Shown in pieces: positions 1-8,719 of a DNA stretch of 64,000 nt; the stretch's first letter is position 1, and every line of letters starts with the position of its first letter. Source of the stretch: Dehalococcoidia bacterium. GTDB lineage: Bacteria > Chloroflexota > Dehalococcoidia > GIF9 > AB-539-J10. The stretch spans positions 36,749 through 100,748 of the forward strand of contig JAUWOR010000006.1 in the NCBI GenBank assembly GCA_030612025.1, given 5' to 3'. The position numbers and the translations under genes were made by a program. The notes below the pieces were generated by a model. The model was not told the DNA's origin and ran no database searches. It saw only the letters and a program-made list of their open reading frames with translations.

Positions 1-102
1 AAGGGACTCAACTGCTTGAATAATCCGAGGGATTTGCTGTGGATCAATATTCCGTAAGTCTCGCTCTGCTGACCCTTTCCATCGAATCTCATAAGAGGCC
101 AT
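1..102 (-). CDS. RelE/ParE-family toxin, N-terminal part (runs off the window edge)
   Basis: Manual translation MASYEIRWKGSAERDLRNIDPQQIPRIIQAVESL...; start overlaps the end of the antitoxin gene. Confidence 0.8.
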   Translation of the reverse strand, partial: MASYEIRWKGSAERDLRNIDPQQIPRIIQAVESL

Positions 103-280
103 CTTTTTCTAACTTCTTTTTGAGTTCTTCAAAAGTTATAGTAGGCTCATCTCTACGTTCAGCGATAATTGCAAGGTCATGAATATCTTCTAGAAGCTCT
201 TCATATTCCTCAACCGGAATAATTACTGCTGTTTTTTGTCCTTTTTCATCTACAACATATTGCTCTTGAAATTTTGCCAT
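89..280 (-). CDS. Antitoxin partner of RelE (small acidic RelB/Phd-like)
   Basis: 63 aa, YVVDEKGQKTAVIIPVEEYEELLEDIHDL pattern; AGGAGG RBS; directly upstream of RelE. Confidence 0.8.
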   Translation of the reverse strand: MAKFQEQYVVDEKGQKTAVIIPVEEYEELLEDIHDLAIIAERRDEPTITFEELKKKLEKDGLL

Positions 281-344
281 GCTTGTCCTCCTGTTAGATT
301 TTCAACAATTGAGTTCGTATAACTTAGTATATACTATACGACTC

Positions 345-529
345 AACTTCCATCACTGCTTGCTCAAAAGGGATAACTTCACCGCCGGAGACTTTGGCTG
401 CGTCATAGGCACGAATAGAATCTAGCCCCTCAAGCTCCTGAGTAAATGATGGTAATCCTTCATATCAAGGACCACGCCAATACGATTGCCACTGTTATCC
501 ACTAAATATCGCTCTTTGATATTACTCAT
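345..529 (-). pseudogene. Frameshifted antitoxin paralog
   Basis: MSNIKERYLVDNSGNRIGVVLDMKDYHHLL, then after a frameshift ELEGLDSIRAYDAAKVSGGEVIPFEQA; same family pattern as 89..280. Confidence 0.65.
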
Positions 530-552
530 CCCTAGCTCCGTTTACATGGATT

Positions 553-678
553 TTAGCACTGCTGATATTCAAATGCTAGCTGTAGGTTTATTTCCTTCGC
601 GAGCAGGCTCGCCAGAACTACAGAATAGCGGACTATAGTTCCGCTTCCAGACTTTGCACTGCCATCTATGGTTATCAT
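553..678 (-). pseudogene. rtcA: 5' fragment of RNA 3'-terminal phosphate cyclase
   Basis: MITIDGSAKSGSGTIVRYSVVLASLL matches the RtcA N-terminus (IDGS.GEGGGQILR); stops after about 40 codons. Confidence 0.7.
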
Positions 679-764
679 GTGCTGTTGTTTCTCCTCTTTG
701 AAAAAGGCCTGTAACATTTTATATCTTTTGTTATACTCCAAAATACAATTTGCGCCTCTAAATG

Positions 765-895
765 AGGGTGTTTAAAAATGTAGTTGCCCAATTTATTGGG
801 CGACTGTGCCTGATAAATCAGGCAACTACAAAAATTTAGGGTGAAACACCTCTGAGGTGGCTGAAATTGAACGGGAAATCAAAATTAAACAGCCT
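765..895. mobile_element. MITE-like element, copy 1 (AGGCTGTTTAA-type TIRs, internal GTAG-REP-like double hairpin)
   Basis: Ends agggtgtttaa / ttaaacagcct; internal gtagttgcccaatttattgggc...gcctgataaatcaggcaactac; homologous to 52073-52204. Confidence 0.7.
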
Positions 896-933
896 TTAAA
901 TAATTAGGAGGAAAATTTAAAAAGAGCCAAAAG

Positions 934-1848
934 ATGGGAATAAGACTTTTTAAAGAGCCTGAGCTGGAAAAACCTGACCTGATTTGCGGCTGGCCAGGGA
1001 TTGGGAATATTGGGCTAATTGCTGTTGATACCTTGAAGGGGGAGCTGGTAGCAGAAGAGTTTGGAGAAATAGAACCCTGGGACTTTTTCTACCCCAAGAA
1101 GGTCTCCGTCAGGGACGGTTTGCTCGAAAACTTAGAGTTCCCCACCAACAAATTTTATTATCAGCGGCTGAGAAGGAAAGATTTAATATTTTTCCTTGGA
1201 GAAGAACAGCCGACTGAGGGAGAGAGAGTGTACGCCACGGGAGAAAAGGCTTACCACATGGCCAATCTAGTTTTAGATGTAGCTGAAAAGTTTGGCTGCC
1301 AGAGAGTTTATACTTCAGGTGCCTGTGTTTCACCCATTCACCATACTGTGAAACCAAGAGTTATTTCAGTGGTAAGTTCTGAGAAGTTAGTAGAGGAGGT
1401 AATAAGGTACCAAAATACAATTTTAATAAGCGAAATGGGAGGAAGAGGTGAAGGGGTTATTACCGGATTAAACGGTCTTTTGCTGGCAGTGGCTAAAAAG
1501 AGGGGGTTAGAAAGTATTTGTTTAATGGGGGAGATACCAGATTGGCTTTCTGGTTCTCCCTTCCCCTATCCCAAGGCTTCAAAATCAGTGCTCGAGGTTT
1601 TTGCTGACATTCTCGGAATCAGAATTGATTTTATAGTTCTCGATAAGATGGTTGCCCAGATGGAAGAGGTTATTGAAAAGATCTATGAAGAATTCCCTTC
1701 AGAAATAAGGGAGCGATATGATGAAAGAAAGCTTATTGCCCAAGCTAAGCCAGGAGGGATAACTGAAGAGGATGCCAAATGGATTAAAGAGCACATTGAT
1801 GAATTTTTTAAGAAAAGGGGGGAACAGGGTGGACAAAGCTCTGTTTGA
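934..1848 (+). CDS. PAC2 family (proteasome assembly chaperone-like) protein
   Basis: GWPGIGNIG motif, ITGLNGLL, CLMGE, PKASKSVL typical of PAC2/DUF75. Confidence 0.85.
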   Translation: MGIRLFKEPELEKPDLICGWPGIGNIGLIAVDTLKGELVAEEFGEIEPWDFFYPKKVSVRDGLLENLEFPTNKFYYQRLRRKDLIFFLGEEQPTEGERVYATGEKAYHMANLVLDVAEKFGCQRVYTSGACVSPIHHTVKPRVISVVSSEKLVEEVIRYQNTILISEMGGRGEGVITGLNGLLLAVAKKRGLESICLMGEIPDWLSGSPFPYPKASKSVLEVFADILGIRIDFIVLDKMVAQMEEVIEKIYEEFPSEIRERYDERKLIAQAKPGGITEEDAKWIKEHIDEFFKKRGEQGGQSSV

Positions 1849-2647
1849 GCTCTATCAGTCTCCCCAGCTTCGCAACCCATCTTTGATTGTCGGTTGGCAG
1901 ACCCACGATGTTGGGAAGTTGAGCTCTGAGGTTATCCATTTTTTGAATGAGAAACTGGAAGGTCAGCAAATTGCTGAAATCAAGCCCTCAGGCTTTTTCC
2001 CATTGGGAGGAGCAATATTTAAGGATAACTTGATCCAGGTTCCAGAAAGCAAATTCTGTGCTTGCCAGAAAAACGACCTCTTAATTTTTCAAAGCGAGGA
2101 GCCTAAATATGAATGGTATAAATTTTTGAATGCAGTTTTGGATTTTGCTCAACATTATTGTCATATCAAAGAGCTATATACCATCAGCGCGAGGCCCTCT
2201 CTTAGCGCCCATACTACTCCTCGGAGGATACTTACGGTTTACAATCAGCCAGAATTTCAAAAAACACTCCAAAGCTACGGACTAGAGGATATGACCTGGG
2301 AAGGACCACCAGCCATAAGTAGTTACCTTCTGTGGGCAGCTGAAAGGAGAAGCATCCCCGGGATAAGCCTTTGGCCCGAGATACCATTTTACCTCGCTGC
2401 CGGAGAAGACCCCACAGCAATAAAGCTTACCCTTTCCTTTCTGGATAGCAGATTTAGCCTGGGGCTGGATTTGGGTGAGCTTGACTCGGATATCGGAAAT
2501 CAGAATGAGAAAATAGCTCAGCTAAGAGAGGAAGATGCTGAAATCAATGAATATATCAACCGCCTGGAAAGTGGACTCAGCCTAAACGAAGAAGAGCAGG
2601 TAAGATTAGCCAGAGAAGTGTATGAACTTCTCGAGAAAAGAGGCTGA
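1829..2647 (+). CDS. PAC2 family protein, second paralog
   Basis: LIVGW..DVG, HTTPRRI, SLWPEIPFY; GTG start overlapping the upstream PAC2 gene. Confidence 0.8.
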   Translation: MDKALFELYQSPQLRNPSLIVGWQTHDVGKLSSEVIHFLNEKLEGQQIAEIKPSGFFPLGGAIFKDNLIQVPESKFCACQKNDLLIFQSEEPKYEWYKFLNAVLDFAQHYCHIKELYTISARPSLSAHTTPRRILTVYNQPEFQKTLQSYGLEDMTWEGPPAISSYLLWAAERRSIPGISLWPEIPFYLAAGEDPTAIKLTLSFLDSRFSLGLDLGELDSDIGNQNEKIAQLREEDAEINEYINRLESGLSLNEEEQVRLAREVYELLEKRG

Positions 2648-2674
2648 ATTTGGTTGAGCCTCAAGGAAAAATCG

Positions 2675-2758
2675 CTCTCTTTCATCTACAACATACCACC
2701 TTGAAATTTTCTCATGCTTATTCCCCTGTTAGATTTTCACCAACCGATTTCGCATAAC
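2675..2758 (-). pseudogene. Degenerate truncated copy of the antitoxin cassette start (homologous to about 245-323)
   Basis: ttcatctacaacatac...ttgaaattttctcatgctt...ctgttagattttca aligns with 245-323. Confidence 0.7.
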
Positions 2759-2824
2759 ATTTTCGGCTTTCTGAAGTGCCAAGCATTTAGGCAAACGAAG
2801 CGAGCCGCAAAGCCCGTGTTATGC
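2752..2824 (-). other. Integron attC-like recombination site
   Basis: GCATAAC...GTTATGC ends with inner ggcttt/aaagcc pairing, 73 bp, just downstream of the minus-strand HAD gene. Confidence 0.7.
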
Positions 2825-2835
2825 GCAGTGCTGGC

Positions 2836-3444
2836 TTAGTTGGATGATTCATGTTCAAGATATGATTGGACTATGAGAGCGGCCTTAGATAGATTCTCTG
2901 CGAAATGTCTAGGTTCAATTGGTAGTGTCCCCTCTTCTCTTCCTCCTTTACCAGTTTTGACCAAAATAGTCACACACCCCATGCTCTCGCCCGCTGCGAT
3001 GTCAGAAGTTTTGTCGCCGATAAGAAAGCTTTTGGATAAATCAAGTTCGAAATCCTTAGCTGCTTCTAATAGCATTCCCGGCGAAGGCTTTGAGCACGGA
3101 CAAGGGGAAACTGTTGGCGGCAGTTGGTTGGCTTCGAGATGCGGACAAAAGTAAAAAGCATCAATGTGTCCTCCGGCGTGCTCAACTCTGAATCGAAGCT
3201 GCGCATTGAATTGGGACATCTGCTCGCGTGTGAAAATGCCAAGTGCTATTCCTGCTTGGTTAGATAGAACGATAATATCGAGTGGGAGCGTCGCCAGAAG
3301 TCTCAGACCATCAATGGCCTTGGGAATAAACTCAAGCAACTGAACTTGGTGAGGAAAGTGCGAATCGACGTTGATGGTTCCGTCCCGGTCCAAGAACACC
3401 GCACGTCGATAATGTGCATTAGGCTTCGGGGGCCAATCTCTCAT
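2836..3444 (-). CDS. HAD-IIIA phosphatase, GmhB/histidinol-phosphatase family
   Basis: FLDRDGTIN, SNQAG, CPH...CPCSKP, IGDKTSDI motifs. Confidence 0.9.
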   Translation of the reverse strand: MRDWPPKPNAHYRRAVFLDRDGTINVDSHFPHQVQLLEFIPKAIDGLRLLATLPLDIIVLSNQAGIALGIFTREQMSQFNAQLRFRVEHAGGHIDAFYFCPHLEANQLPPTVSPCPCSKPSPGMLLEAAKDFELDLSKSFLIGDKTSDIAAGESMGCVTILVKTGKGGREEGTLPIEPRHFAENLSKAALIVQSYLEHESSN

Positions 3445-3970
3445 GTGTCTTACTTCCTCCTTTTCTATGAAAGACTACAGTTATCACTATAGCTGCCAAG
3501 CCATAGGCTGCTGTAGCAACACTTAGAACTGTGCATCCGGCTTGCTCGATCTCTGTTAACCAAAGATACAGAAGTGATAGAGCACATACCGCCCACAGCG
3601 CCACCAGGAAGAACCCCCGTCGAATTCCAGGCACCTCTTGAGTCTTATAGTACGTTTCCCATTCTTTCTCGGGAGGAGTTCCGCACAGACGAGCCAGTTC
3701 GGGTTCGATCTCCTCGCGAAGGTATTTTGCCAGAACCTCATGGACCCGATAGCTGTACAGAATTAGAACCGTGAAGTAGATAGAAACCAGTGGCGCAGCG
3801 ATAAGAACCATACGAAGGCCAGTCGTAGAGAAAGAAATAGCTACTAAGACACCCAAAGCAATAGTTAGTTGGATTGAATATTTATCCCGTTGCTCGATCC
3901 GTCTTTTGGTCTCGTCCCGTATATCCTGTCGTAACGTTTCAAAATGAGCTATTGCCTTCTCTTCAGTCAT
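3419..3970 (-). CDS. Hypothetical membrane protein, about 4 TM helices
   Basis: N-terminal charged helix followed by four hydrophobic segments; overlaps the HAD gene start. Confidence 0.7.
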   Translation of the reverse strand: MTEEKAIAHFETLRQDIRDETKRRIEQRDKYSIQLTIALGVLVAISFSTTGLRMVLIAAPLVSIYFTVLILYSYRVHEVLAKYLREEIEPELARLCGTPPEKEWETYYKTQEVPGIRRGFFLVALWAVCALSLLYLWLTEIEQAGCTVLSVATAAYGLAAIVITVVFHRKGGSKTHERLAPEA

Positions 3971-4266
3971 TGAGGAATTCCTCGCGTTAGGCTAGCGCTC
4001 TAGCATCTGGCCAGCATTGCATATAACTCGTGCATAACCGCACTGCGTTTATTTTTCATTTAGCTCCATCCTATCCAATGGATTTTGGGGCCCCCGCACC
4101 ATCTTATTGGAAACATAGGTCATCTTCCCTGCTTCTTTTTTAAGATGATCATTTTGCACAATTAGTATATACGAAATTCTCTTTTTGTTCAGTAGCTTAT
4201 TGCACAGGTATTGGATGCCCTCACTATTTCCATTAAGCACTACAAAAAGTTACCTGCTAATTCCAG

Positions 4267-7200
4267 CTATCTTGAAATCTCGATGGTCTCTTTTTCAATA
4301 TTCGCATAGAGGCTGTCTATCTTCTGTTGAACTTCCATTGTCTTTTTCAAAGCAGTTACAACCCGGCAGTAATGTTTTACATCCTCAAGAGATACCTCCC
4401 GTCCTCTTCTATCCTTAAGCCACTTATCCAAGACCTGGTAACCACCAATTTGGTATTCCCAGACCTCTTTTTCTATTCCCTCAAAGTATTGATCATTGTT
4501 GATGTAAACCCGCATTTCCTTTTCGCTATATCTTGGCCTCTCAACTTTATTATCACCACTGCCCTCAAATTTGGCAATTGGGTTATTTAGCTCCGCCGAC
4601 TTTATCAGATGTAAATCAGCAAGCTTGCTGCCACATTTGCCTATCCTGTTAAACAATTCATGGTCTTTAGTAAAAGGCACTCTGGGGAAATCAATTTTCA
4701 AAAATTCAGCGTATTTGCTGCGATAGATGTTGGAATAAAGAATGCTATATATGTAATAGAATATTTCCTCTGGAGTTGGTTCTTTGCCATAAGCCTCAGC
4801 TAAAGATTCGACCAGCTTGAGATTAAGGTTTGGCTTTCTTCTCCGAGCTTCCTCTTGGTTGAACATATCTCCTTTGCCTAGATAGAGGTAGAGGGGAAAG
4901 AGATAGCTAATTTCTCTCGTTTTGTTAGAAACAACGCAAGATTCGACAATATTTTCGCAAATAAAAGCATGGTGAAATCCTAGCGTATTTTGTCGGCAGG
5001 TCAATAACCCCAAGTTCTCCCTCATCATGTGGTGCATGACTTCTAAAAGGGGTCTTTCGACAACTATATTTGTATAGTAGATATTTCTCTTATCAAAAGG
5101 ACGATATGAAATCTGAGTAAAGTATTTGTCCCAATTCTTATCTTTAGAAAGGGTCTCTCGCGATTTCCTAAACTTAAATGTGCTTGTATCCTTTAATTTG
5201 AAAGCCTGTTTAATAAGTTCATCCGGCATTGATAGATTTCTAAACATCACAATCTGCCTTTTTAAGACATCCCTATCAAAATCAATTACAAACTTGTCTC
5301 GTGCAGTAACAATGCCTACACAATTTATTGGGAAAACATCGGTTATCTTCCAGAATTTTTCGTAAACATTTCTGTAGGTTTCCGCTCTTGGGACAAAGAA
5401 ATAATATGGGCTATCTGGTTTTAGTTGTTGCCACTCGATTGTGTTCACATCATTCCCCAGAAGCCAATCATATTTATCTTTCTGCAAGCCCCAGAGTTCA
5501 GAATGGAAAACTTTCTTCTCTAAGCCCTTTCTTTTAATGAACAGTGAAATGGCAACTCCTTGTTGGATATCAAAAACATTTTCATCCTTAGAGCCATCAG
5601 GACATCTTTCCCTTTTTAGGCTGTTGCCGTGCAAATCCAATAGATAGAGCTCGTTAAAGCTATTCATCAAAGATTGACGCATTCCCCTAAAGGTCGGGCT
5701 ATCCAGATAGCTATGATTGGTAATGAATCCCAAAACGCCTTCACCTGCTTGGTCTATCTTCCACTGGGCAAAGCGAATGAATTTAACATAGTCATCTTGA
5801 AGCCACTGTTTTCTCTCACCTAACCACTGGCCATCTATTACCTTATAGTGTTCTATTAGTTCGCCAATCCAGGTTTTCTGCTTTATTTTCATTTTTCTTC
5901 TTGCCTCTTTTGTTTGAGGAATCAATTTATAACAGCCATTTAATTTATCCTCTTGAATCTGGTAATTAGTTACATATCTGTTCCCCTTCTCAACAGTTAC
6001 TTTCCTCTCGCTTAAATTTGCTGATATTCCCGAATATGGAGGATTCCCCAGAATAACTAGGATGGGCTCTTCCTTCTTTACCTTGCCAGCGAGATGTGAT
6101 TCCTCAGCCAGGGAAGCCATCCCTGGAAGAACAGTTTGCTCCAGTTCTTCCATTTCCAAAGTATTGGTAAGATAGAACTTGAAGCGCTCATCCTCACGGA
6201 GCTTATAGCCCAATTCTTCTAATAGCAGTGCCACCTTCAAATGTCCTAAGGCATAGGGAGCCATCATTAGCTCGAAGGCGTAAAAGTTCTTCAAGATATG
6301 CTCTTTGATAAAGCTCTCCTTTCCTCCCTTCCCATATTTGGCGATAAATTGCTCTAATGCCAATTTGCTTGCCTCAGCAGGGAAGGTCAGAGTGCCAGCG
6401 GCTGGGTCTAAAACAGTGACGGAATTGGAGGCAAATCCATCTGGTCTGTCAAAGCGCTCTTTGAGGATGATATCTAAGGAACGAACGATATAAGAAACTA
6501 CTGATTCAGGAGTGTAATAAACGCCCCTTCTTTCCCTTTCCTCAGGATTATACTTAGCTAGAAAAGTCTCGTAGGAATAGTAAACAGGGTCTCTTCCTTT
6601 TGCTTCATGATAAAACTTGTCTAGAATCTCATTGACATCAGCCACTGCCAGAACCTGGGAAATCTCATCCACAATCCATTCCATTTGCTTGGGTAATTCT
6701 TCTAGGGAAATGAAGCTAAAAACATCTCGCAGGATACCAATAGTTCGGGGGATGTAGTCATAAGCTAGCTTGCGGTTAAAGCCATTTTTACAGCGAGTGC
6801 GGGCAGCAAAAAGCCCATAAGTGATAGTCTGAGCATATAAATCGGCAAAACCATCTTGGGTCAGCCCGGCAATGAGATATTTCTGAAATGCTTCATAAAA
6901 TCCAAGAACGGAGCTTCTCTCTTCTTTCAATTCTTCCACAATGACTTGTTCTTTTAAGAAGCTAGTCCTTTTTGCCAGTTCGACGGCTAAAGACTCTGCT
7001 GTATAGGCCTTAGGGAGTGAGAAGGAGAGGAACTTATTTAGCAGATTGAGAAAACCATCCCTGTTCTCTACAGGAGGTACTGTTTTCAATTGATGAATGA
7101 TAAAGGGTCTAGCCAGCAAGGCTTTATCAACTAGCCTTCCATTGCGATACAGGCGAAATTCAAAGAAGTTGGTTAAGATGAGATTGGGAAATGTATGTCT

Positions 7201-7482
7201 ATAGCGCTTTAGCTGTTCACCGTTCTCAATGTAGTCAAGATTTTCTGTGAGAGGCTCTTTTGCCTCAATATAACCAACAATGTTTTGCCTCCCATCCCAA
7301 ACCCTGAAATCAGGGTTGCCTGCCTCAGTCTTCTTGGGCAAGGTGGTGATATGAATATGCTTTTTGTTAATAGAATCAGCAAGGGCCCTTAGGAGCTCCT
7401 CTAAACTTGAGTAATAGCTTTCCTCCCGAGCATCGCCAGTCTGGGTAACCTCATATAATCTCTTAAGGTATGTCTTTAGCAT
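4267..7482 (-). CDS. Type ISP/IIG-like restriction-modification enzyme (nuclease, N6-adenine MTase, C-terminal specificity domain)
   Basis: PDF...IEAK nuclease motif, GVYYTP, LDPAAGT, GNPPY, YRPFD and IDFPRVP, YQIGGYQVLDKWLKDR. Confidence 0.9.
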   Translation of the reverse strand: MLKTYLKRLYEVTQTGDAREESYYSSLEELLRALADSINKKHIHITTLPKKTEAGNPDFRVWDGRQNIVGYIEAKEPLTENLDYIENGEQLKRYRHTFPNLILTNFFEFRLYRNGRLVDKALLARPFIIHQLKTVPPVENRDGFLNLLNKFLSFSLPKAYTAESLAVELAKRTSFLKEQVIVEELKEERSSVLGFYEAFQKYLIAGLTQDGFADLYAQTITYGLFAARTRCKNGFNRKLAYDYIPRTIGILRDVFSFISLEELPKQMEWIVDEISQVLAVADVNEILDKFYHEAKGRDPVYYSYETFLAKYNPEERERRGVYYTPESVVSYIVRSLDIILKERFDRPDGFASNSVTVLDPAAGTLTFPAEASKLALEQFIAKYGKGGKESFIKEHILKNFYAFELMMAPYALGHLKVALLLEELGYKLREDERFKFYLTNTLEMEELEQTVLPGMASLAEESHLAGKVKKEEPILVILGNPPYSGISANLSERKVTVEKGNRYVTNYQIQEDKLNGCYKLIPQTKEARRKMKIKQKTWIGELIEHYKVIDGQWLGERKQWLQDDYVKFIRFAQWKIDQAGEGVLGFITNHSYLDSPTFRGMRQSLMNSFNELYLLDLHGNSLKRERCPDGSKDENVFDIQQGVAISLFIKRKGLEKKVFHSELWGLQKDKYDWLLGNDVNTIEWQQLKPDSPYYFFVPRAETYRNVYEKFWKITDVFPINCVGIVTARDKFVIDFDRDVLKRQIVMFRNLSMPDELIKQAFKLKDTSTFKFRKSRETLSKDKNWDKYFTQISYRPFDKRNIYYTNIVVERPLLEVMHHMMRENLGLLTCRQNTLGFHHAFICENIVESCVVSNKTREISYLFPLYLYLGKGDMFNQEEARRRKPNLNLKLVESLAEAYGKEPTPEEIFYYIYSILYSNIYRSKYAEFLKIDFPRVPFTKDHELFNRIGKCGSKLADLHLIKSAELNNPIAKFEGSGDNKVERPRYSEKEMRVYINNDQYFEGIEKEVWEYQIGGYQVLDKWLKDRRGREVSLEDVKHYCRVVTALKKTMEVQQKIDSLYANIEKETIEISR

Positions 7483-7556
7483 TTTCTGACACTCGAACTC
7501 CGACCTTATTCATATTATAATACTTAAAGCTGAAAAAAGCATAAGCAGCTTGAGAC

Positions 7557-7710
7557 ATGTCTAGCTCAGGACAGAGAACCGGGATTGCCAATTTGCCACT
7601 TCACTATGGCAAAGTGCCTCCGTGGCTGTTTGGGCGGATGTGCCAGCTTGCTCGGGAGATAGCCATTGTCATTGTTGATGAATTTGGAGCTGAGGAGATG
7701 CTCCGCCGCT
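7557..7710 (+). pseudogene. Duplicated 5' fragment of the DUF763 gene
   Basis: About 51 codons nearly identical to 8720-8873, then abrupt divergence. Confidence 0.9.
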
Positions 7711-7821
7711 TCTTGAACTGTTTTCATCAGCCACCTCCTTTGTTGTCCTCAATAACATTATAGGATGATAGTCAGCGCAATTTGAGTTTTCGCCAAATGT
7801 TCCCGGTGTAAAAGGAGTTCT

Positions 7822-7874
7822 GCGTAACCAGAATTTCGACGGGGTGAGGCGTAGTCTTTTATACCATGTTATAC
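7822..7874 (-). other. attC-like site downstream of HepT
   Basis: Minus strand GTATAAC...GTTACGC, 53 bp, just after the stop of 7889..8230; inner pairing is weak. Confidence 0.5.
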
Positions 7875-7888
7875 AAAAAGTGAGAGCA

Positions 7889-8230
7889 TCATTCTGCTTC
7901 TTCCAAAATTCGCAAAACTTTCGGTTTCAGCTCCGGTAAATCCCTTTCCACAACTGCCCAGACCCGCTCCAGATTTACACCAAAATATCCATGAATGAGA
8001 ACATCCCTCATTCCTGCAATCTGCTTCCAAGGGATATTGGGATACTTACTCTTAAAATCCTCGGGTATGTTCTTTACAGCTTCTCCTACAATTTCCAACC
8101 TTCGAATTATAGCATCTTGAGTCCGAATATCCTCCATAAAGTGTGCTTTGCTCATACCTTGAGAGTATTCCTCTATCCTGTCAGCGCTTTCCTTAATATC
8201 TTCGAGGAAAACCCTTATTTCTTTCTTCAT
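7889..8230 (-). CDS. HepT-like HEPN RNase toxin (DUF86)
   Basis: IPWKQIAGMRDVLIHGYFGV carries the RX4HXY motif. Confidence 0.92.
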   Translation of the reverse strand: MKKEIRVFLEDIKESADRIEEYSQGMSKAHFMEDIRTQDAIIRRLEIVGEAVKNIPEDFKSKYPNIPWKQIAGMRDVLIHGYFGVNLERVWAVVERDLPELKPKVLRILEEAE

Positions 8231-8514
8231 ACCACCGACACCTGTTCATTGAGAATCCGTTCTTTCAATAAAGGATGAATTGTAGAATATTCAACAAGAT
8301 CAACTTTTCTTCCTAACGCTTCCTCAAGTTCCAACTTCAATGCTACAAGATCGAGCAAACTTTTCTCTTCGGGCAATTCTACAAGGATATCAATGTCGCT
8401 CCCTTCTTTCATCTCCCCCTTCACAAGGGATCCAAATACTGCAGCTTGCACAACGCCATGACCCGTCAATATAGGAACTATTTTGCTTCTAACTTCCTCA
8501 ATGTATTTCTCCAT
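8227..8514 (-). CDS. MntA-like minimal nucleotidyltransferase antitoxin
   Basis: FGSLVKG...SDIDILV, LEEALGRKVDLV; 4-nt overlap with HepT. Confidence 0.92.
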   Translation of the reverse strand: MEKYIEEVRSKIVPILTGHGVVQAAVFGSLVKGEMKEGSDIDILVELPEEKSLLDLVALKLELEEALGRKVDLVEYSTIHPLLKERILNEQVSVV

Positions 8515-8549
8515 AATTGATCACCATTTCCATCTGATGCCGTCATTTC

Positions 8550-8598
8550 ATATAACTTTAGTATATACGAAATTCGCTTTTTATTCAGTAGGTTATCA
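8550..8598 (-). other. att-like site upstream of the MNT-HEPN cassette; degenerate copy at about 4156-4201
   Basis: Minus strand TGATAAC ctactgaataaaaagcgaatttcgtatatactaaa GTTATAT; the same core recurs at 4162-4200 and partly at 317-334. Confidence 0.5.
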
Positions 8599-8719
8599 GC
8601 ATATACATATACTTGGGTAGCTGCTCCCTTTCAAAGCCAGCCGCACCTCTGGCAACTTTTCGTCATGCGGCAAATATCGGTCAAGGTAACGCTGTTGTAT
8701 AATATCTGTAGAAAAGGAT

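Noticed and set aside
317-340. XerCD dif/pdif site interpretation of the tagtatatac motifs
   Set aside because: They do not fit an 11-6-11 dif layout; GTT junctions at cassette starts fit integron att sites better.
4267-7482. R-M enzyme as a novel system
   Set aside because: Standard single-chain type ISP/IIG-like architecture.
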